Positions 60,223 to 64,000 of a stretch of DNA of 64,000 bases are shown in pieces. This stretch comes from Myxococcota bacterium. Lineage in GTDB: Bacteria; Myxococcota_A; UBA796; SXON01. The position numbers and the translations under genes were made by a program. Location: assembly GCA_040386535.1 (NCBI GenBank), contig JAZKFH010000023.1, positions 64,001 to 128,000 on the forward strand, written 5' to 3'. The notes under the pieces were generated by a model that saw only the letters and a program-made list of their open reading frames with translations, had not been told where the DNA came from and did not search any database. Numbering within the stretch: the first letter of the stretch is position 1; each line of letters starts with the position of its first letter.

Positions 60223-61040
60223 CACAACACGGGGTTGGTGGTCGCTCCCCACCACGTGCCCGACAGCGCCTCGTTCTCCGTGGCGCGGCCGTTCGAGGAC
60301 TCCATCACGAGCACGCGCCCGCCCGAGGTGAACCCGAGGAGCTCGCCATAGGCGTAGCCGAGGCCGTAGATGCCGGTGACGCCGATGGTGCCGCGGCGGC
60401 GCGCGGTGCCCGTGTCGGGATCGACCTGCACGAGCCCGTCGCCGCCGGTGACGGTCCAATACAACATGCCGTCGGGGAGGCCGATGATGTCCCCGGAGGT
60501 GTTGAACTCGCCAGCGCGCACGAGCGGCGTGAGCGCGCCGGTGCGGGTGTCGACGAACGAGACGGCGCTCCCCGCGCCGACGAGCCGCCCGTCCGAGACG
60601 AAGGTGAGGCCCGTCATCTCGTCGTCCAGCGAGGCCACGAACGTGCAGTCGGCGGTGGTGGGGTTCACGCGGTACAGCGACGTGTAGCTGCCGCCGTACA
60701 TGATGCCGTCCAGGTCGATCGCGATGTCGGTCATCCCGCCGTCGACCGGGCGTGTGCCGTCCATGAACTCGCCGATGCGGGAGGCGACGCCGGTGGCGGG
60801 ATCGTAGCTGAACAGCGTCGAGGATGTGTTGACGTACACCGCCTCGGTCGCGACTTCATCCGTGTCGGGAACGATGACGGTGTCGGTGTCCTCGTTGCCG
60901 GCGGTGTCGGGGATGGTGCCCGTGTCCTCCGCGGGCGTGCCTGTGTCCTCGGTCGGCTCCGCCTTGGGCTCCTCCTCCTTGGCCGAGAGGTCGTAGTCCG
61001 AGCAACCAGCGAGAAGAGCCGTGACGAGGAACAATCGCAT
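60219..61040 (-). CDS. Lipoprotein, probable beta-propeller
   Basis: LAGC; MTDIAID..G.MYG and repeated (V/Y)(D/N)P.TG turns. Confidence 0.75.
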   Translation of the reverse strand: MRLFLVTALLAGCSDYDLSAKEEEPKAEPTEDTGTPAEDTGTIPDTAGNEDTDTVIVPDTDEVATEAVYVNTSSTLFSYDPATGVASRIGEFMDGTRPVDGGMTDIAIDLDGIMYGGSYTSLYRVNPTTADCTFVASLDDEMTGLTFVSDGRLVGAGSAVSFVDTRTGALTPLVRAGEFNTSGDIIGLPDGMLYWTVTGGDGLVQVDPDTGTARRRGTIGVTGIYGLGYAYGELLGFTSGGRVLVMESSNGRATENEALSGTWWGATTNPVLW

Positions 61041-61178
61041 GGGGGGATCCGGCGCGGCATGCGCGCGTTAGAAGCGTCGGCCTCTGGAGGGGTCGTTGCG
61101 AGCACGTGTAATACGTCGACCGCGAGCCCGGCGCTCGTCCACGTACGTTGGCGGCGCGGTTCTCCAGACAAAGGGGGA

Positions 61179-62660
61179 TTGATCTTGGGGGCGGACGAAC
61201 TGAAGCACGAATGTGGCGTATTCGGGATCCTCGACGATCCGGACGCCGCGCGGCTCTGCTACCTCGGGCTGCACACCTTGCAGCACCGAGGGCAGGAGGC
61301 CGCGGGGATGGTGTCGCGCCGTGACGGCGCGCTGCAGGCCCACCTCGGCGCCGGACTCGTGCAGGAGGTGTTCGACGAGCCCGCCCTCCGCGCGCTCGAG
61401 GGGGACGCGGCGATCGGGCACGTCCGCTACGCAACAACCGGGGGGAGCGACTCCCGCAACATCCAGCCCTTTCTCGTGCGGACCAAGGAGGGGCAGATCG
61501 CGGTCGCGCACAACGGCACGCTGACCAACGCCGAGGCCCTCCGTACGGAGCTCGAGGAGCGCGGGTCGATCTTCAGCTCGACCTCCGACACCGAGGTCAT
61601 CCTCCACCTGCTCGCCGCAAGCGACCAGAAGACCTTCATCAACCGCCTCGTCGACGCTCTTCGGCGCGTCGAGGGCGCCTACTGCCTCCTGTTCCTCACG
61701 GCGCGGCGCATGGTCGCGGTGCGCGATCCGCACGGGTTCCGCCCGCTGGTGCTCGGGCGCCGCGGCAACGCCTGGATCGTCGCCTCCGAGACCGCCGCCA
61801 TCGAGTTCGCCCAGGGCCAGGTCGTCCGCGAGATCGAGCCCGGCGAGATGGTCATCCTCGAGGACGATCGGGTCGAGTCCATCCGCCCGTTCCCCCGCCA
61901 ACCCCGCCGCGCCTGCATCTTCGAGCTGGTGTACTTCGGCCGCCCGGACACCACGTTGTTCGGCCGCGAGGTGTATCCGGCTCGCGTGCGCATGGGCGAG
62001 ATCCTCGCCCGCGAGTTCCCGGCCAAGGCGGACATCGTCATCCCCGTGCCCGACAGCGGCACGCCCGCCGCGCTCGGGTTCGCCCGCCAGAGCGGCCTGC
62101 CCTTCCACCTCGGCCTCCTCCGCAGCCACTACGTGGGCCGCACGTTCATCGAGCCAAGTCAGCGCATCCGGGACTTTGGCGTCCGCCTCAAGCTCCAGCC
62201 GGTCAAGTCGGTCGTGCAAGGGCGGCGGGTCGTGGTGGTGGACGACTCGATCGTCCGCGGCACCACCTCCCAGAAGATCGTGCGCATGCTCCGCGAGGCC
62301 GGCGCGGTCGAGGTGCACATGCGCATCTCGAGCCCCCCGATGACAGGCCCCTGCTATTACGGGATCGACACGCCGAGCCGCGAGGAGCTGGTCGCGCACC
62401 GCATGGACGTGGCGCGCACGCGCGTCTTCCTCGACTGTGATTCGCTCGCGTACCTCTCGATCGAGTCCCTGCGAGAGGCGGTGCAGGAGGACGGCACCCG
62501 GATGTGCGATGCGTGCTTCACGGGGAACTACCCCGTGCTGCCGGTCGAACCCAAGCCGCCGGCCCAGCTCCCGCTCTTCCAGGCGCCGTCGGATCTGCCG
62601 CCCGACGCGCTGCTCGACGAGTCGCAAGCGGCGGAGCCGCGCGGGAGGCTTCTGCTATAG
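61179..62660 (+). CDS. purF: Amidophosphoribosyltransferase
   Basis: Propeptide then [30 protein letters not shown], Fe-S Cys (CYYG, CDAC). Confidence 0.96.
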   Translation: MILGADELKHECGVFGILDDPDAARLCYLGLHTLQHRGQEAAGMVSRRDGALQAHLGAGLVQEVFDEPALRALEGDAAIGHVRYATTGGSDSRNIQPFLVRTKEGQIAVAHNGTLTNAEALRTELEERGSIFSSTSDTEVILHLLAASDQKTFINRLVDALRRVEGAYCLLFLTARRMVAVRDPHGFRPLVLGRRGNAWIVASETAAIEFAQGQVVREIEPGEMVILEDDRVESIRPFPRQPRRACIFELVYFGRPDTTLFGREVYPARVRMGEILAREFPAKADIVIPVPDSGTPAALGFARQSGLPFHLGLLRSHYVGRTFIEPSQRIRDFGVRLKLQPVKSVVQGRRVVVVDDSIVRGTTSQKIVRMLREAGAVEVHMRISSPPMTGPCYYGIDTPSREELVAHRMDVARTRVFLDCDSLAYLSIESLREAVQEDGTRMCDACFTGNYPVLPVEPKPPAQLPLFQAPSDLPPDALLDESQAAEPRGRLLL

Positions 62661-62670
62661 TCCCCGGCCC

Positions 62671-64000
62671 ATGCCGCACATCATCGGGATCGATCTGGGC
62701 ACCACGAACACCGCGGTCGCCGTCTTGGAGAACGGCCGTCCGCGCGTGATCGAGGATGACCGGGGGTACAAGGTCCTGCCATCCGTCCTCTCGGCGAAGG
62801 GGGAAGGCCGATTCGTCGTCGGCCAGGCCGCCCACAACCTGATCCTGACGCGCCCGGACCGCACGGTCTACGCCGTGAAGCGGCTCATCGGGCGGCGGTT
62901 CGACTCGCCGGAGGTGCAGCGCGTCATCAAGCGCGTCGGGTACCTCATCCAGGAGGCGCCCGACGGGGGCGTCCAGGTGCAGGTGGGTGACACGTGGATG
63001 ACACCGTCGGAAGTGGCCGCGGTGGTGCTCCAGGTGGCCCGTGGCATCGCGGAGAAGGCCCTCGGCGAGCCCGTGGAAGAAGCGGTGATCACCGTCCCCG
63101 CCCACTTCAACCATGCGCAACGCAAGGCGACGCTCGAGGCCGCTGCGATCGCGGGCCTGCGCTGCAATCGCATCATCAACGAGCCCACCGCCGCGGCGCT
63201 CGCGTACGGGCACCGACGCAACGTCGAACGGACACTTGTCATCTTCGACCTCGGCGGTGGCACGTTCGACGTGAGCGTGCTCCGGTTGTCAGGCGGCCTC
63301 TACGAGATCCTCTCTACGAGCGGGGACACCTTCCTCGGCGGCGAGGACTTCGACTTCCGCGTGGTGGACTACCTCGCGGATCAGCTGCGGACGCGCACCG
63401 GCGTGGACATCCGCGAGGACCGCGCCGCGCTCCAACGTGTCAAGGACGCCGCCGAGCGCGCCAAGTGTGAACTCTCGTTCTCGGATCGCACCACGGTGAT
63501 CGTGCCACACGTGGCCCCCGGACAGAACCTCGAGACAGCGCTGTCGCGCACCCAACTCGAGGAGCTGTGTCGTGGCATGGTCGAGCGTTGTGTCGAGATC
63601 GCCCGCGACGCCGTGTCCGAAGCGGGGCTGAGCATCTCCGACATCGACGAGGTCATCCTCGTGGGCGGCCAGACCCGCATGCCGCTCGTGCGCGAAGCGG
63701 TGGCTGGGTTGTTCGGGCGCGAGCCCAGCCGGAGCGTGCACCCCGAGGAGGCCGTGGCAATCGGGGCCGCCGTCCACGCCGCCTCGCTCGGTGATGTCGA
63801 GGGCAGCCCGGTGGTCCTGCTCGACGTGACCCCCTTCGACCTGGGGATCGACGCGGCGGGCGGCATGTTCTCGCGGATCGTCCCGAAGAACGCGCGGATC
63901 CCGTGTACGGAGTCGCGTACGTTCGCGACGGTGCACGACAACCAGGAGACCGTCCGTGTCACCGTTCGGCAGGGCGAGAGCCGTGTCGCGGAGGAGAACG
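62671..64000 (+). CDS. Hsp70/DnaK-family chaperone, divergent paralog (runs off window end)
   Basis: Translated by eye: [49 protein letters not shown]. Confidence 0.9.
   Translation, partial: MPHIIGIDLGTTNTAVAVLENGRPRVIEDDRGYKVLPSVLSAKGEGRFVVGQAAHNLILTRPDRTVYAVKRLIGRRFDSPEVQRVIKRVGYLIQEAPDGGVQVQVGDTWMTPSEVAAVVLQVARGIAEKALGEPVEEAVITVPAHFNHAQRKATLEAAAIAGLRCNRIINEPTAAALAYGHRRNVERTLVIFDLGGGTFDVSVLRLSGGLYEILSTSGDTFLGGEDFDFRVVDYLADQLRTRTGVDIREDRAALQRVKDAAERAKCELSFSDRTTVIVPHVAPGQNLETALSRTQLEELCRGMVERCVEIARDAVSEAGLSISDIDEVILVGGQTRMPLVREAVAGLFGREPSRSVHPEEAVAIGAAVHAASLGDVEGSPVVLLDVTPFDLGIDAAGGMFSRIVPKNARIPCTESRTFATVHDNQETVRVTVRQGESRVAEEN

Noticed and set aside
61041..61178. Purine-related (ZTP/PRPP) riboswitch upstream of purF
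   Set aside because: I could not find the conserved motifs; an Rfam scan would be decisive

Overview
Very GC-rich bacterial chromosomal window with about 62 CDSs and one tRNA-Leu(CAA). It most resembles a Myxococcota genome (inference from a RomR-like regulator, a MYXO-CTERM-like tail, Asp-Thr repeat lipoproteins, two eukaryote-like Ser/Thr kinases, sigma54 activators and a divergent Hsp70). No CRISPR array, transposase, integrase or prophage is visible. Housekeeping genes include nadC, purC, purF, corA, pal, an rlmD-like methyltransferase and a stand-alone coaC. Identifiable modules are a biotin-dependent carboxylase with a carboxyltransferase-BCCP fusion, a cysM-mec-cysO-moeZ sulfur-carrier operon, an rtcR/rtcBA RNA-repair locus with a readable UAS-IHF-sigma54 promoter, and a histidine kinase/sigma54 regulator pair controlling a CheY-like plus pal unit. 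The best candidate for an undescribed system is 16755-25613. There, phaR sits divergent from a promoter carrying PhaR-like boxes that drives a tightly coupled operon: putative phasin, phaE, phaC, acyl-CoA ligase, lipoprotein, outer-membrane barrel, lipoprotein esterase and a surface-anchored lipase/depolymerase-like enzyme. This suggests capture of external polyester or lipid and its re-polymerisation as PHA. The window also holds several intact pseudo-enzymes (an aminotransferase with the PLP Lys replaced by Arg, a degenerate TrpD) and many genes that appear leaderless. All functional calls come from motif recognition by eye; no database searches were run.
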